Shown here: positions 31,044 to 32,000 of the stretch, piece after piece
Layout of the letters: each line of letters opens with the position of its first letter
How positions within the stretch are numbered: the stretch's first letter is position 1
Source: Nanobdellota archaeon
Lineage (GTDB): Archaea > Nanobdellota > Nanobdellia > Nanobdellales > Nanobdellaceae
NCBI GenBank assembly: GCA_042850255.1
Contig: AP031373.1
Coordinates: forward strand, 420,001 to 452,000
Length of the DNA stretch: 32,000 nt
Reading direction: 5' to 3'
Notes under the pieces: model-generated
What the model was told of the DNA's origin: nothing
Databases searched by the model: none
What the model saw: only the letters and a program-made list of their open reading frames with translations
Translations under genes and position numbers: made by a program

Positions 31044-32000
31044 TTAAATATTTAACAACCATTTATATAAAGGTATAAATTTAATTTTCCCTTTTTTATT
31101 GAACCAAGATATCTCTTTTTCATCTTCATAATCCCAGGTAATAATTATTAATTCTGGATTATGTTCTTTAAATAATTCATAAGAATGAATTAGAGATCTA
31201 ATTTCTCTTTTATCTATTTCATCAAAGTTATTAACATAACTAACATTAATTAATTTAGTAATTCTATTACCTTCTTTTATTAAAAAATCTATTTCATAAT
31301 TATTATTTTCAAAATAAAATATATTTTTATTTATTTCTAGTCCATTTTTTATAAATTCTAAAAATACTATATTTTCTAATGTTTTTCCAATATCTTTTTC
31401 TATTATATAATTATACAATCCCGGATCTACTAAATGTATTTTTGGTATAGATAATTCTAATTTTCTTAAACTTTTAGAATAATTTCTTAAAAAGAAAAAT
31501 ATTTGTATATCTTCTAGAATTTTTTGAAAATTATATAATAAATTTTTTGATACTTTTATATTTTGAGATCTTAATGTATTAAATAATTTTCTAATAGAAA
31601 ATTCTTTCGTAAAAGATGTAATAGCACTTTTTATAAATAATTCTAATGCATATCTATTTTTTATTCCATATCTATCTATAATATCTTTATATACTATTAG
31701 ATCTAAATATATTTTAAAAAAATCTGAAGGATTTATATTATTAAAAATTATATCTGGAAATTGTGAATAAATATATTTATTTACTATATTTCTTATTTTT
31801 CCCTCTTCATAAATGGAATATAGTTTTTTATTTTCAACATTTTCATAGAAGAATATTTCCTTAAAACTTAAAGGATATATATTTATTGATATAGATCTTC
31901 CCCTCAAACTTGTAGCAATTTCTTTTGATAATAATTTTGATGAAGAACCTGTAATAAATATATAATATCTTTTTGACTCATACAATGTATAGACAAATTT
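31044..32000 (-). CDS. AAA-family ATPase with DUF4143 domain (COG1373-type), 5' end outside the window
   Basis: ITGSSSKLLSKEIATSLRGRSISINIYPLSFKEF is the conserved central block of this family, followed by a DUF4143-like C-terminal half. The tracked start is TTG. The frame stays open to nt 32000 (...KFVYTLYESK), and the Walker A region is missing here, so the gene continues beyond the window. Confidence 0.8.
   Translation of the reverse strand, partial: KFVYTLYESKRYYIFITGSSSKLLSKEIATSLRGRSISINIYPLSFKEIFFYENVENKKLYSIYEEGKIRNIVNKYIYSQFPDIIFNNINPSDFFKIYLDLIVYKDIIDRYGIKNRYALELFIKSAITSFTKEFSIRKLFNTLRSQNIKVSKNLLYNFQKILEDIQIFFFLRNYSKSLRKLELSIPKIHLVDPGLYNYIIEKDIGKTLENIVFLEFIKNGLEINKNIFYFENNNYEIDFLIKEGNRITKLINVSYVNNFDEIDKREIRSLIHSYELFKEHNPELIIITWDYEDEKEISWFNKKGKIKFIPLYKWLLNI

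Noticed and set aside
1-32000. CRISPR arrays, rRNA genes, IS elements/transposases, integrases, inteins
   Set aside because: No regularly spaced direct repeats of 24-40 nt were seen. There are no long GC-rich rRNA-like stretches. No ORF has DDE, tyrosine/serine recombinase or intein (HNF...C/S/T) signatures. The recurrent short motifs are TATA-like promoter elements.

Overview
The window is a very AT-rich archaeal chromosome segment (by eye about three quarters A+T, not computed). It is extremely gene-dense, with about 45 protein genes on both strands and many 1-20 nt overlaps between neighbours.

Archaeal hallmarks:
- an HMf-type histone, RNA polymerase subunit K and exosome Rrp42
- type-2 methionine aminopeptidase
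- an S-layer protein with Methanococcales/Nanoarchaeum-type N- and C-terminal motifs
- TTTATAAAT-like TATA boxes about 25 nt upstream of many start codons, implying leaderless mRNAs

Two intron-less, very GC-rich tRNAs, Lys(CUU) and Val(GAC), stand out from the AT-rich background. This is typical of a (hyper)thermophile.

Several features together suggest a reduced-genome DPANN/Nanoarchaeota-like thermophile. This is inference only.
- rrp42 is uncoupled from rrp4/rrp41.
- A free-standing C-terminal module of an Lhr-type helicase sits at its own locus.
- A cytochrome bd oxidase has no other respiratory genes in view.

Content blocks:
1. A tRNA-Lys-adjacent accessory islet: an unknown ORF, a GC-rich structured-RNA candidate, vapBC and a truncated pilin signal-peptide stub.
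2. Housekeeping genes: YjbQ, DUF72, TruA, CutA, MetAP and the histone.
3. An oxygen/ROS-defence cluster: SOD, 2-Cys Prx, Lrp regulator, Bcp, CydAB and Ogt. It is interrupted by an unknown two-gene cassette with a PD-(D/E)xK-like motif.
4. A glycosylation cluster: a processive GT2, an anchored Cys-containing protein and a GT-C enzyme.
5. Three tandem paralogous multipass membrane proteins immediately upstream of the S-layer gene.
6. rrp42-rpoK, a HEPN/MNT pair, acylphosphatase, AsnRS, an FNR-like reductase, an M28-like peptidase plus an unknown K/E-rich protein, an SDR and a DUF4143-type ATPase truncated by the window edge.

The most interesting candidates:
- The triplicated membrane-protein family has conserved K-rich loops, a divergent S/N/Y-rich loop and a 90-nt perfectly identical tract shared by the non-adjacent copies.
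- The 55-nt GC island at 921-975 is a candidate novel structured RNA.

No CRISPR array, rRNA, transposase or integrase is visible.
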